Shown here: one piece after another, positions 1-13,109 of the stretch | Position numbering within the stretch: position 1 is the stretch's first letter | How the letters are laid out: each line of letters opens with the position of its first letter | Source of the DNA: Vicugna vicugna | Taxonomy: Eukaryota | Length of the DNA: 64,000 bases | Direction: 5' to 3' | NCBI GenBank assembly: GCA_013265495.1 | Contig: MU058198.1 | Span: 2,740,419-2,804,418, forward strand | Position numbers and translations under genes: made by a program | The notes under the pieces: model-generated | The model's database searches: none | Told to the model about the DNA's origin: nothing | The model's input: only the letters and a program-made list of their open reading frames with translations

Positions 1-239
1 AGGTAGATCTAGTCCTCTTCTTTCTTAAGGCCCAACTTGGCTGACTGATGTCTTAACCCCTGCCCTGTGGACCGCTAAATCAAAACAAAGGACCAGAGGC
101 TGGTTCCCATTCAGCCAACTAAGATCTGTAAACATTGACCACGTGCCAGGCAAGTGCCAGGCACTGAAAGACATGGCCATGAGTGACACTGGCAATCTTC
201 CTACCCTCCCTCAGCTTACAGTTGAGAGTAGATGTCACA

Positions 240-410
240 ACCACATGGAATTTATAATGATGCAGATTCTGGGGCCACATGCCTAGATAGTCTGAAGTAA
301 TAGGTCTGGAGATGGAATCAGAAATCTGTGTTAAAAAAAAACCAACTAAGGATTCTGGATGACTGTAACGCAGTTAGCTCCAGCTGTATCTTGAGAACCA
401 ACTGGTCTAC
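240..410. mobile_element. MER5-like hAT-Charlie MITE
   Basis: tgcagattctgggg...aggtctggagatggaatcagaaatctgtgtt...ttgagaacca pattern typical of MER5. Confidence 0.55.
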
Positions 411-1088
411 CAGGAATATCATGCATTGAGTAAAAAAGTTCCTGGGCCAATTAGCACCCGTTTCTCCAAACTGGAATTCTGCCTCATCTTAAGGACATTC
501 GATTCACAAGTAGGCAGAAAAGGAGAAAAATCTCACACTGTCAAAACTACTCTTGAAATTCCTTAGGAAGGTGCCATGTTGGAGGTCGTTACATCATCTG
601 TTAAAAAGACCAGCCCAGCCAGTTTTCCTCCCCTATGGGGAGAAATCTTCATTTCTTCAATGGGCAGCAAATGGCTATCTTGGAGATTCTACTGTTAAAA
701 AAGCACCAGTTTTTAAAGACTCCACACTGCATGATATTTCCTTTATAAGAGGCGCACAAGAAGAGCAGATTTAAGGCCCCATTTCAGTCTCGCTCTGGGG
801 TGTGCACTTATGGAATGAAGTGGCAGGAAGAATGGCCTGTACTATTTAAGTTATTATTTCTTTTTCTTAATTTTCTCTTCAAATCCAAGTAGTTAGGTTT
901 GCAGAAATTAAATGTGCACGTGATACAAGGCCATAGCTCTAGACTGACCATGAAAGATGCCTGCCACTTGCATCCCCCCATTTTGAGAAAGCGGAGAGAG
1001 GCTCCAAGCCTGTCACTTCCTTTGGGGGAATCCTTTATGGTTGGGTCACAATACTTGCACCATGTGACCCACATGCGGTTATTCTACC

Positions 1089-1199
1089 CAGGTCGAGCCG
1101 TGCACAACCTTCAGCTATTTTATTCACACAGACTACAGTGTGAATGACACCCTGGAGTTGTGCAGTACACAACCCGCACAACCTGATGTGATGGCCTTA
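1089..1199. mobile_element. MER91-like hAT-Tip100 MITE
   Basis: Central hairpin attcacac(1122-1129)/gtgtgaat(1138-1145) followed by ccctggagttgtgcagtacacaacccgcacaacc. Confidence 0.6.
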
Positions 1200-1844
1200 A
1201 CTGTACCCAAAGGCAGTCAGGCAACTCCAAGACTTTGCTCCAGGTCTTTGATCGGGTGGGTGGGAGTACATTTATTTTGTGGCTTTCAAATAATACAGCA
1301 GTGAAAACTGAGACAAAGGAAACACCCAAGAGAATCTGAGTCTCCATATTTCCAATTACACTGAACACGCATTCTTCACCCACACGAGCACCAATTCGTA
1401 TTATTCTGAGTTCCACCGAAATTGGCTCAAGCCCCTGGGGTGCTTCTTGTCTAGTTCCACTTGTTACCCTGGGATAATTGGTTTAAAACTGATTACTGGG
1501 TCACTAATTATGGGGCCTATTGACAGTATATTTCAGCTTAGGGAAGCAATTAAAAAGTTCACCCTAATTAATCAGGGGTAATTAACAGGTCTTAAATTTT
1601 GTCAAGAGATTAATTATCAAGAAATCCAGAACAAATCAATGTGTATTGCAAGAGGGTGAGAGAAGTCTCAGTCATCGGAGCTGCTGGTTATTTGGGCCAT
1701 TCATTCACTCGTTTAACTAACGGTTACTGAACATCTATATGGTGCCAAGCAAAGAGCCCGGGGACACCAGTGGCTTTGCTGATTGGAAGGGGAGTGGTCA
1801 GACGTGTGACCAGATGGTGGCAGAGAGCCTCTCTGAAGGCATAA

Positions 1845-2305
1845 TAATAGTCATATTCCTAGCTGATGGTTTTGAGTGATTATTACATTCTACACACAAT
1901 ACTAAGAATCCACATCTTTTATTAAGGATCGTTAGGTAAATACTACTGGTTGTTTAACAGGTGAGAAAACTGAGGGCCCAGATAGGTTAAGAAACTCCCC
2001 AAGATCACCCAGTGCCATGCTTTGTTGCACCGCTCCATGTGCCAGTGTTCTGAGAAAAGGAGCAGGTTAACCTAGTCTTCCCCTAATAGTAACAACTAGC
2101 AAGGCAGCAAAATGAAGTGAAGTGCAAGAGCCCTGGAGCCCGACTGCCTGGGTCACATCCAAACCGGCCAACTGTATGAGTTCAGGCAAGTTCACCCCAC
2201 CTCTCGGCGACTCCACTTTCCTCTTCTGTAAAATGGGCGTGCCATCGTACCAACCTTCAAAATAGTTCCTGATGATGGTAAGCGCTCAGTTGGTGTTAGC
2301 TGTCG
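1845..2305. mobile_element. Two MIR SINEs in opposite orientation
   Basis: Core motifs acaggtgagaaaactgagg...ccaagatcac (minus) and gactgcctgggt...ttcctcttctgtaaaatggg (plus). Confidence 0.7.
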
Positions 2306-2450
2306 ATACTATTCGTTGCTGCTTTCTTACACAACCAGGGGTTTACTGCCTTCAATAAATTGCCTTTAATTTATTGCCTGTATTGTTCTACCAGCTTGCA
2401 TTATTCTGCCACGGGGTTTTATGAATGAATTTCTATTTAGTTTGGGAGTG

Positions 2451-2858
2451 TGCTATCCACTGAATTGTGTCCCTCCCTTAAGAGTTCATAGGTTGAAGCT
2501 CTAACCTCCCGGTGTGATGGTATTTGGAAGTAGGACCTTTGGGAGGTAATTAGGTTTAGAGGAGGTCATGAGGTTGGGGGCCTTTTGTTGGGATCAGTGC
2601 CTTTAGAAGAAGAGAAAGAAGAGAGACCTTGCATTTTCTCTCTCTCTGTCTCTCTGTTTCTGTCTCTGTCTCTCTCTCCTTTCCCTTCATGGCTGTGTGA
2701 GAAGATAGTGGCTGCCTGCAAGCCAGGAAGAGTTCTCATCAGAACCTGACCATGCTAACACCCTGATCTCAGACTTCTGGCCTCTAGAATTTTGAGAGAT
2801 AAATTCTGTTGTTTAAGCCACCCAGTCTGTGGTAACCTGTTTTGGCAGGACTAATACA
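2451..2858 (+). mobile_element. MaLR solo LTR (MLT1A-like)
   Basis: TG...CA termini (tgctat...ctaataca), ttgaagctctaacc/tttgggaggtaattaggtttag motifs, near-TSD gagtg/gagta. Confidence 0.8.
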
Positions 2859-3282
2859 GAGTATTTATTAATTTTCTAGAATTGATGGCTTGGGGCCACG
2901 TGAGGGTTAAGTGCTGGGTGGTGAGGATTAGTTCCATCTCTCTGATACAAAAATGCTCTGCTGTCTCCAAGACAGCTTGATAACAAGGAAGATGGCAGGT
3001 CCAGAGTGTTGTGGGGAGGGGATCCCATAATATGTTCTACAGTTACATCCTTTCTGGAGCAGAAACTTAGAGGTAGAGGCATCAGGCTCTGCTCAGTGCA
3101 ATGGTGATGTTCAGGGACCTATACGGGTGAGAAATATTGATGCCAGGAAGGTAGGATGAGAAAATGTGGGCTGCAAATAGAGCCCAGATGTTGCCCTACG
3201 CGCCCCTCAGCCACCAGCCTGAGACTCCAAAAATAAGAATGCATTTCTTTTTACATCCAACTAATAACCCCAGGAAGCCGTA

Positions 3283-3510
3283 GGAGGTGTGGTGGTTAGA
3301 AGTGTGGACGCTGGAGTCAGAGGGGTCTGGGTTCAGTCCTGCCCCTGGCACTAACTAGCTGGCTGACTTTGGCTAGATTGCTTAATCTCCCTGGTTTAGC
3401 TTCCTCCTCTCTTAAAAGGGCATAAAAATAGGTAACCATGCGGATTTAAGGGCTTTGAGTTAGTAAAGTGAATAACTCAGTGCCTGGCACACAGTGAGCG
3501 CCCCCTAATG
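3283..3510 (+). mobile_element. MIR SINE
   Basis: gtggttagaagtgtggacgctggagtcaga...ctgggttc...gtgcctggcacacagt. Confidence 0.75.
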
Positions 3511-4178
3511 GTCTCTTGTTACATAACAATTCCACTTACCAAGATGGGGAGAAAGCTCAGCTTGTTCCTGAACTTGCTTTCCCAAAACATTCCCAGAGGC
3601 CCCTACGGTCCTCTTCCTGCTCTTCTCCACTTTATGCATCAGGGAATAGTCGGAAAAATACTTCTGAATGGAGGAGGTCAATAAACTTGGACCGACCTTA
3701 AATTCTGTAGTCTCCGAACCTTTGTTTTCATGCTGCAAGGGAACGATCACCCACTTCTTACTCTCTGTGTAGGTGGTTTATGTGACTATGGTTGCTGCAC
3801 TGAATTAAGACATTATTTTAGTGCTGAGCATTGATGAGAAAGATCCCCTTTCTCTCTGAGCAGGGGATCTAGTACAGGGTTTTTCTGGTGCCACCCACTC
3901 AGGAAAGAGGTGTGTCACGCAGGCCAGAAGAGGGAACTAGGGGAGAGCTGGAAGGGGCACTCGGCTAGGCTCACGCTCTCTTGCTCTGCACAGTGAGGAT
4001 GTCCAGCCGGAAGCTTCTTGGTGGGGGCTGGGACTACCTAAAGGAGAGTCCAATTTGCACCAGCCTTTGGGGGCTGGAGTGTTGTGTCAAGACAATGTGT
4101 AAGATGGGATAAGGCTTGAGAGTTCTGGAAGCAAGCTAACTGAGGCAGGATGGTAAGCTTGGCTTGGTTAGCCAGAGT

Positions 4179-4432
<254 letters not shown>

Positions 4433-4579
4433 TCTGCACTTGCTCCTCGTTTGTTTTCTCTTAGCATTTAGCAATTTGAATAGCCCGGCTAGTTTAGTTC
4501 TGCCCAAGGGTGGGGTGGAAACATTCATGTTGGAGCAGAGCTTTAAAGGGGAGCATGTTTCTTTTGATTAGAGGTGAAA

Positions 4580-4830
4580 TTCATTCATGCTTTCATCCAT
4601 CTGTCCATCTGTCCATCCATTTACTGACTTATTCATCCTTGCATTCATCCATCCACTTATACCTCCTCTAGTCTATCTGTCCATCCAACAAATATTTATT
4701 TAGCACCTGCTGTGTGCCAGGCACTGTTCCAAGCATGGAGACTCAGTCATGAACAAGACGAAAGAATTGCCCTCAAGGAGCTTACTTTCTAGGGCAGAAT
4801 AAGTGATGAACAAGTGAAATATATAGTATG
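4580..4830 (-). mobile_element. L2 LINE 3' end
   Basis: (cattc/tcca)n tail then caacaaatatttatt...gcacctgctgtgtgccaggcactgttc. Confidence 0.75.
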
Positions 4831-5139
4831 TCAGTTACTCCAAGTGCTTCGGATGCTATCAATCTGGGGAAAGGAATAAGGGATGCTGAGGGGTGAGCAA
4901 TTGGACAGGGAATTTGGGGCCTATTTGGGGACAGGCAAAACTGGGGCCTCAGGCCTCAGCAGTCCTTCCTTAGCAAGAGACTCTTAAGAAAACGTGATAG
5001 TACCCGAGACCTCCCAAGGCTTATTGTATTGTAGCAACTGAGGCAAATCAGTCACAAGCAATTGCCCACTCACGCAGCCATTTTGGGCATGCGTGTATGC
5101 TTGAAGAGGGCATCTGTCACTTTTGTCTGTGTAGCATCA

Positions 5140-5700
5140 ATCTTCCATATTCCTGTAACTGCTTCCCGGTTTTTCCCTTGGGGAAACATCCTTCTCCCTT
5201 CCTCATGTCCCTTAGTTTAGATGAGGCTGATTTCCCTCAAAGTCCACAGTGAATATGTGACCCAGGTCTGGCCAATCAGCCTATTCATTTTTCTGGGTCA
5301 CATTGATTGGTGCAGACATAAACTCCTGACCACGTGGCTCTAATGAGAACCTTCCTCTGGACTTTGCCTGGCGTCACTGGGGAAGAGGCACCCTTGGTTT
5401 GGATGGCTGTAAGGATATAATGTGATGAGCTATAATTTAAAAGTCTGCAATGACCAGTGGCCATCTTTGCCATCTGGGGCAGAGTCTGCCTGAGCATGAA
5501 GCCAGCTCAGAGGAGACTTGAGAGATGGAGAGAGATTGAGCCTGGGTGGCATCATTGGGTCCTGGACTTAGCTGAGTCTGATCCATCTACCCCTAGACTA
5601 CCAGCTTTGTGGGATCATCATTTTCTCAAAAAAAAAAAAAAACTTCAGTCATTTTGATTTGGTATTCTGCTGTATGTAACCCAAGAATCCTGACTGACAT
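5140..5700 (+). mobile_element. Old MaLR LTR (MLT1 family)
   Basis: gtgacccaggtctggccaatcag motif; 3' end tgtaacccaagaatcctgactgaca. Confidence 0.6.
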
Positions 5701-5899
5701 GGTGCTCAGTGAATATTTATTGAATAGATAAAAACATTAGAACTGTTGCTGGTAGGAACCTTAAGAAATCTGAATTCCATTCACTTTGTTTCTATTTTAC
5801 ACATCAGGAAGGTCAGTGTGACACCTCATGTGACATCTATGGACTCTTCACATTTACCTTTGCAGCTTTAAAAAGGAAATTTATGTACGTTCACAGTCA

Positions 5900-7270
5900 T
5901 GAAACATAGTAAGATATGCCTTCTAAGTATGTTTGGATATGATTTTTGTATGTTTCAAAAGTAATACATGTTCCCTCTGGAGAATATAGAAAGGCACAAA
6001 GAAGAAAATGAAAATTATGTAACTACCCATAAATAAATCATTTGGCATACCAGTTTTCTCTCTCCTTCCATGTTTTTGAAATAAAATTGGGGTTTACCCA
6101 AATACTCTTATAAATTGTATTTATTTTCATCGAAAGCATATTTTGACTATTTCCCCGTGCCAGCAATTATTCTCCTACAACAACATATTCGACCACAATT
6201 TGGAAAGAATTTAAAGTTACAGGAAAGCACAAAGAACAACATAATAGGCACCTAGAGTCCCACCATGTATAATTAACGGCTGTTAATATTTTGTTATATT
6301 TGCTCTGTCTTTTTTTTTAAAAGAAAAAACATTTCATATGTAGCCCAATTCTCCCAACAGTGACTCCTTATTTATTTTTCGCCATTGTGGAAAGCACTAT
6401 GGAGAATATCATTATTGAACTGTAACTTTGTATACATCCATCATTCTCTCAGGGTAAAGTCTAAGAAATAGTGAAACTGCATCCTAGCCAACACCAGATT
6501 ATTATAATTCCCACTATTTTTTAACAACTACATTGGAGAAAGATGACGTTTGGTTATTGTCTTAATTTATATTTCTTTGATTCCTATGGATGTGAAATAC
6601 GCTTTTTATGTGCACTGGTCAATTTGCAATTTTTCTTTTGTGAATTACACTTTCAGGTTGTGTGTCCTTTACTCATTCGGGGTGATCATCTTTTTGAGTT
6701 GAAAGACCTGTTTCAGTATTAAGGATATTTTCACATATAGAAAATAGACTCTGCTGTGCACCATTTGCCTTTCAATTTTACTTCTAATGGCTTTTGACAT
6801 AGGTAGGTTTTTACTTTTTTTGTAATAAAATTCATCTATCTTTTCTGCCTTTATGTCATGCTTAGAAAATCCTTCCTTATCCCAAATTCAAAAATTATTC
6901 ACCCCAAATATTTTCAAGTGCCTTTGTGGTTTTATGTTTACATAAAACTTTTAAAACCACCGGGAATTAATTTTGATGTATGGTGTGAGGTAGAGATATC
7001 ATGAATTTTGTTCTAAAGGATTATCATGTATCTCAACATTGTTTACTGAATAATCCTTCTGATGAAAAATGCCAGTTCTACCACATGATACATTGCCTTT
7101 TATTTATTTATATAAATTTCTGGAAATTTTATTCTGCTCCATTAATTTATATGTCTTAGGTCCATCACTTCTCTGTTAGTATTTCAATGATTATGTCTTC
7201 ATAATATAGTTTCCTATTTATTCGAACAAATATCCTCTTTTCTTAAAATTTTTGGTTATTCTTATGTTTT
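5900..7270 (-). mobile_element. Degenerate old L1 (L1M) fragments
   Basis: AT-rich antisense L1 text, e.g. ggaattaattttgatgtatggtgtgaggtagag and catgcttagaaaatccttcc. Confidence 0.6.
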
Positions 7271-7289
7271 TATTTCTCTAAATGAAAGA

Positions 7290-8312
7290 TTCCTAACCAG
7301 GGGTGAGCATGAGAACAAACTGTGCAGGTTTTTCATTATAAACTTGCTCAGGGCTCGCATCCCAAGAAATTCTGATTCAGTGAGCCTGGTGTGGGGTCTG
7401 GGCAGCTTCTCAAAACTAAACAGATAAATCGCACATACATACACATGTGACATGTGCTTTGTATACGGAGGGCTCCCTAGCTGACGGTGAGCCCCACCCC
7501 AACACACCCCCAGATTAAGAACCACAGCTTCAGCTTCAAAGGATTAAATGTTTTTAAAAATAAAATATATATTTGAAATTTTTTACAAAATAACTTTCAC
7601 AATTTCATAACACTATGTGAGAGGTCCCTTCTTCTCTCCCTGGTAGACTGTTTCTAAGTGCAAGGTGTTCTCTTGGAACCACCTGGAATGTTCTTATGTA
7701 ATTGGTCTGGGGGATTTAGCTCAGGCTTTGGGATTTCTAAAAGCTCCTCCAGGTCATTTTAATGTTCAGTTGGAGTTAGTAACCACTGGTTTAGAAGCTC
7801 CTTCTTAGTCTTCTGAGTCTCTATAGCTCACGTAGAATTCTGTGAGTTAGTGGGGATTTTGATCTTGGCTGTGTATCAGAATCAACTGTGCAACTTAAAA
7901 TACAGACTGAGCTGAATACCTATGTTAAATATTGGTCACTGGTATTACGGAAAAATAAATACAACTCTACAAGTGATTTGGATACACAGCCAGGGCCAAA
8001 TATCCATTCTCTAGGCAACCGTCCTTTTTTAATGACCAGTCTTACTTTTCAGGGGAGAGCCCACCTGTTTAAACACATGTGCACAGGCTTGAATCTTATA
8101 GACCTAAGTGTATCATCACTCATCATGTCTTAATAGAAGTCCTTCTCAAACTTGAGCGTGCGTCAGAGTCACCTGGAGAGCTTGCTGGGTGCCACTCCCC
8201 TCTCGCCCCCAAGCTTTTGATTCAGTTGATATTGGCCTAATGATTTGCATTATAACAGGTTCCCCAGTGATGCTGATGCTGCTGGCTCAGGGATCACACT
8301 TTGGGAACCATT
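7290..8312. mobile_element. Cluster of about four MER5-like MITE fragments
   Basis: Repeated ttctgattcagt...ggggtctgg and ttctcaaacttgagcgtgcgtcagagtcacctggag...ctttgggaaccattg motifs. Confidence 0.6.
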
Positions 8313-8347
8313 GAACTATAGCATTCATACAAATACTAGACTTGTTC

Positions 8348-8838
8348 TGTTGCAGAAAAACTGTTACAGCTCGGTAGTGACAGCAACCTGGATCCAGCGA
8401 GAGACCAAGCAGCACTCCCAGAGTTGGAGAACTCAGGTTTATTATGCCAGCTGGCCCAGAAGAGTTAACACTCCAAGCTCTGAACCCCGTCTGTAGGTTT
8501 ACACCAGCTTTTATAGGCTGCCAGTTTACACTTTGCAACATCATATGCAAATAAGGTATAAGAAAAGTTGACTAATTAAGAACAAGCTTTGTAGAAATGG
8601 ACAAATCAGGAGTGAAGGAAATGGACCAATCAGGAGTGAAAGAAAGAACCAATCAGGACTGAGCTCAGGGAACCAATAGAATTTTAGGGATAAGTTCCAC
8701 TTTCCTAGAAGTAAGCTGTTTCAGAGGCAAAAAGTGAGAGATAGAGCCGCTGGGCCAGGTAATCAGACAGTGCTGGCAGGAGAGTAGTGGCCCTGCCTGG
8801 GTGTCCTGCCTGTCTTTTTTATGGGGCTTCCCACCTCA
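8348..8838 (-). mobile_element. ERV1-type solo LTR, 491 bp, apparently young
   Basis: Minus strand reads TGAGGTGGG...CTGCAACA; perfect 4-bp TSD gttc (8344-8347, 8839-8842); TATAAAA (8509-8515, minus) upstream of AATAAA (8438-8443, minus). Confidence 0.85.
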
Positions 8839-9299
8839 GTTCCACCATGTACGTGTTACTCCACTGCAAAGAGCTTAAGCATGGCCTCCAAGCTGTGAGC
8901 TGCAGAGCCCTGAGACACAACACCAAGCATGTCCAAAATGATCTGTGCAGCTCTCACGCTGAGAATTACTACAAAAGCTTCTTGAACCTCTAGGACTATA
9001 ATCTCCAGCCTGACGTTACTGAGGTACCTTCTTACATATCCCCCCCACCACCAACTTCCAGTCCCACCCTCATTATTGTGGGTGTGTAACTCCTGATGCA
9101 TGACTGTGGTGGTTGTGGTGCTGTGTTCAGATGACATCACACTATTCACAGGGTGAGTGGCAAGGCATTCCCTGAAGGGTAAGGCCTAGTGACCATCATT
9201 TAGAAAAGGACCCATCTCTCAGAATTGGGTGGGGCTCTTAGATTTCTAGAGAACACCCCACCCACTGCCAACTCATTTGGAAGCATCATTTTTCAACTA

Positions 9300-10180
9300 T
9301 TATCTACAATGGAGCCACCTGATCTTTCTAAAATGCAACTCAGATCATGACACTGCCTTTGTATAAACATTTCAATGGCTTCCCATGGCTCCTGGGATAA
9401 AATCAAAAACTCCTAACGCGGTGTTGCAAATTGAGTTCCCCAGAAAGCAGATTCTAAGATGGGGTTTAATATGAACCCTGCTTATTAAGGGGTGCCCTTG
9501 GGATCAACACCTGTGGAAGGGGGGATGGAAACACAAGTGGGACAAAAGGGTTGAACCAAGATATGGGCCCAGTGACAGCCTCAAGCTGACCCCAGGGGGA
9601 GCTCTTGAGTTAGACTGGTCTGTCAAAGTTGTCCTGAGTTGAGACGGGATGGCCAAGCCTTATACCCTCAGTGGATGTCAGTTGCTCCGTGAAGGGTAGG
9701 ACGTGGGTGAGACAACTCTCTGGGACAACCCTGAAAGGCCTGAGAGCTGAAGGCTGGCTGTTGACAGCATGCCCAGCATCTGGGGTATCAGATCCTTCCT
9801 TGAAAGGGGGTTGGAGGGGTAGAGCACAGTGCTTACTGCACATGGCCACACAATTCTTTGCAGTCTGGCTGTTACCTCTCTCTCTAGTGTCATTTTTTTT
9901 TCTAGTGTCATATTTTTTTTTTTTATCTTCTCCCTTGCTGTCTACTTTTCAGGCACGTTGTTTTTTCTTTCAGTCTCTCAAATTCACCAGGCTCTTTTCT
10001 CCCCCAGGACCTTTGCATGTGCTGTCTCCGCTGCCTGGAATGTTTACCCTACATTCCTGACCTCTTCTCCCACACTTGTCCAGACACTCCAACTCATTCT
10101 TCAGGTCTCTGCTCCAGTGTTGCTTCCTCTGGGGAACTTTCCTGACCCTCCACTTAGCTTAGGATGTCTGTAATATACTT
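9300..10180. mobile_element. L2 fragment interrupted by an ERVL LTR (LTR16-like, about 9422-9850)
   Basis: L2 text tgatctttctaaaatgcaactcagatcatg...caatggcttccc resumes at ccaggacctttgcatgtgctgt; the insert has ttccccagaaagcagattctaagatgg...cccttgggatcaacacctgtgg. Confidence 0.6.
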
Positions 10181-10569
10181 TCAAAGCTTAGGTACCCACC
10201 AAACATGGAGCCAGGAAGCGAGGGACTCACTTCTGCCTCTTTTCTTGGGATTCCATGTGGAAAGAGATGGATCTGAATGCTGTGGTGAGCTGGCTAGATG
10301 GGGTAAATCATATACTTTATATGTGATGTGCTGATTTCTCTTAAAATTCAGCTCAGACTTTTGGAAAATTCCGCCATGTTTCCCTTATGCTATGTCAGGG
10401 CTTGGAGTTTAAAAGGAGAAGCAGCAAAGGCCAGAATCAGACTGAGGGGCCTCAAATGGAAAGTGAAGTTTAGGAGAATAAACTTAAGTGCCCTTGATCA
10501 GACATCCCTCTTACCAGGCTCTTCCTCCTCGTGTTAAATCATAACAGATTCCGAGTTTCATGCTATTGA

Positions 10570-10790
10570 ATGATAACAATACAGTAATAGTAGGAATGCT
10601 GTTCGCTAGGTAACAAGATGTTTCGTATTTACTCGCCTTCTCTCACTAATCCTTATATCAGCTCTGGGAGGAGAGCTATCATTTCTCTCTGTGGAAGAGA
10701 CTGAGGAGCACAGAAGTTAGGTAATTTGCCCAGGATCGTGCTTGTAATTAGCAACAGAGCTGGGCTTTGAAGCAGGGCTGTCTGGTGACG
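10570..10790 (-). mobile_element. MIR SINE
   Basis: gagactgaggagcacagaagttaggtaatttgcccaggatc core. Confidence 0.65.
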
Positions 10791-11216
10791 GAAGTAGCGG
10801 TCACAGCAGCACGCATCCGGCCTCTTTGATGTGGGAGCTCCCCCACCCCCCGGACCTCCCGGAGGGGCCTGAGCCTCTGGACCTCAGCAGCTCTTGGGGA
10901 CCAGCCTCTGCCTCTGGTTCCCTTTCCCCGTCCCATCCCCCGCCAGCCTCCCCCTCCCTCCAGCCCGGCTGCTCAAGTCCCAGCATGCCTCGGGCTGCAG
11001 CCGGCCTGAGTTATGACATAACTCGCCTGAAAATTCCCCTGTAAAGGGAAAGGGGCCAATCAAATGTGAGTTATTCTTATTGTAAGCTCCCCAAAGCCAG
11101 GGCCCTGGTATGATTTATCTTGGTATAACCCACAGCACTGGGAACAGGGCCTGGCACATAGCACGCAATAAATGTTTACGGAATTGACTGGGGTTTTCGG
11201 AGAGCTGGGGGACTGA

Positions 11217-11247
<31 letters not shown>

Positions 11248-11401
11248 CCCTGACACACACAAGGACCCACAAAAGTACACACAGACTCACACATTATACT
11301 TACACATCCTCCATGCACAAACACCACCCTCTCTACTCATACAGTCTCTGCACACACACACACACACACACACAAACACCCTACTCATACACACACACAC
11401 A
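11217..11401. repeat. Interrupted (CA)n microsatellite
   Basis: Directly visible. Confidence 0.9.
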
Positions 11402-13109
11402 TTTTTTTTCTGTGGGTGTGAGTTTGCAACTGTGATCTTTGTCTCCCATGACATGTTATGTGTATAACTCCATCACTCATTTTAATTACATTACTGTGGG
11501 CTCTATTTGGCCTTTGGCTGTTCTTGAGACCAAATTAGAAATTTAAAAACAGCTATCTTTCCTCCCAGAGACACTTACAACAGTCATCGCCCTGGGGTGG
11601 GGAACGGGAGATGCAGGGAGGGGGTGGGGGACTGACTTTCATGGGAGTCCCTTTTGGTTCTGCTTGGAATTTTTTAGAACATGTATGGATATTATCTTTC
11701 CAAAGCATAAAAATAGACATAATTAAATAAAGAAGAGGAAATAGCCACCTGGCTTCAGAAACAACCACTGACTTACATAAAAGCTTCTATAACTGGGTTA
11801 GTGAGAGATTAAAGTTGAGGCCCGTTCTGGCTGGGTTCACAGGCCTCCCTGGGAAACGCTGTCGCCGCACCAAGGGGAAGGCAGCCCCGCACAGGACCGG
11901 CAGCCTCTGGGGCCTGGGCCCAGCTCATCGTCCTGGACGTGCCCTCCTAGGGGCCCCTCCGGAGAGACCCCGCACACTCATTTAGTTACCCTCTCTGCTG
12001 GGTCAGTGACAGATCTGCAAGGATTAGGGGAGGTAAGCTCTGAAATCTACTCAGTAAGATGAAAATCTGTCCTTTCATGCTCGAGCTCAAGTGGAAATGA
12101 TTAAATCTGAGGAGTCGGGCTCCGAGGGCAGGGATCTGGCTGTAGCCTTTGAGTTTAAAGTTGTGTTGCGTCCTTTCCTGTGATTTTAGAATCACTGGCA
12201 TCTGGTCCCCAGACTCTAGGGCAGCTGTTTGGAGCCTCAGAGTCAAACCCAAGGAGGAGACTGGGGCCTCCAAGGTGGACTGAGTACTTAGAACCAGCTA
12301 ATGAGAGAGCCGGGGCTTTCTTCCGAGTCCAAGATCTTCCTGGAGGGATTAACTTTTATCAAATGACTTCTTAATGAGAGTCCGCTTACCTCCAAATTTG
12401 GGGACTTTAAAGCTCCTGAAATTTAAAACTGTTAGCAAGCTGTCCTTCTTTGAATGTGAAGCTCAAAAGAAAAAAGAACACGTTAGTAACAGCCAGGAGC
12501 TAGCAGCGTGGAAAATATCAGCTTGAAATTCAGCAAATGGCCTTGCTCTGTATCCCTGCTAGGGGCCCAGAGGTTCCAGGTCGGGATTTGAAATTGGGGC
12601 CCGGGGTCAGGGGGGTGCTGGTTCTGACTTGTAGATGTGTTTTGTGTAGTCCATAGATAATTTTAAATCTGGGAAATTTCATGTACAAATGTGGTTTGGG
12701 GGCTTCTTTGTGAAATAAAAAACTCTGGCAGGAGCCGGCCTACATTCCTGCAGAGGTGACGATCTTGGGCTGCCTGAGGGCTGCCCGTTTGCAAAGGGCT
12801 GTGTGAGCTCCTTTGCCCCAGTCTCCACCTTTCCCTATAACCATTTCAGCTGTGTGTATCGTGTTACTGCCTGGCCCTCGTGGATATTTGAGTTTGCGTT
12901 TCTTGCCCCAGATAAACCACACTCATGCTTCGAAACACACATGGATAGACCACTGTGCAAATCTGGGGATTGTCTGGTAGACAGGTGAGGCCAAGACCCC
13001 TCCGCTGGCCTATGCTTGGGGAATTCCTTCATTCTAAGCTACACGGCTGTTCTGATTTGGCTGGCCCCATGACTCCACTTCAGTGACTAATGTTTCTCTT
13101 CTCACACCC

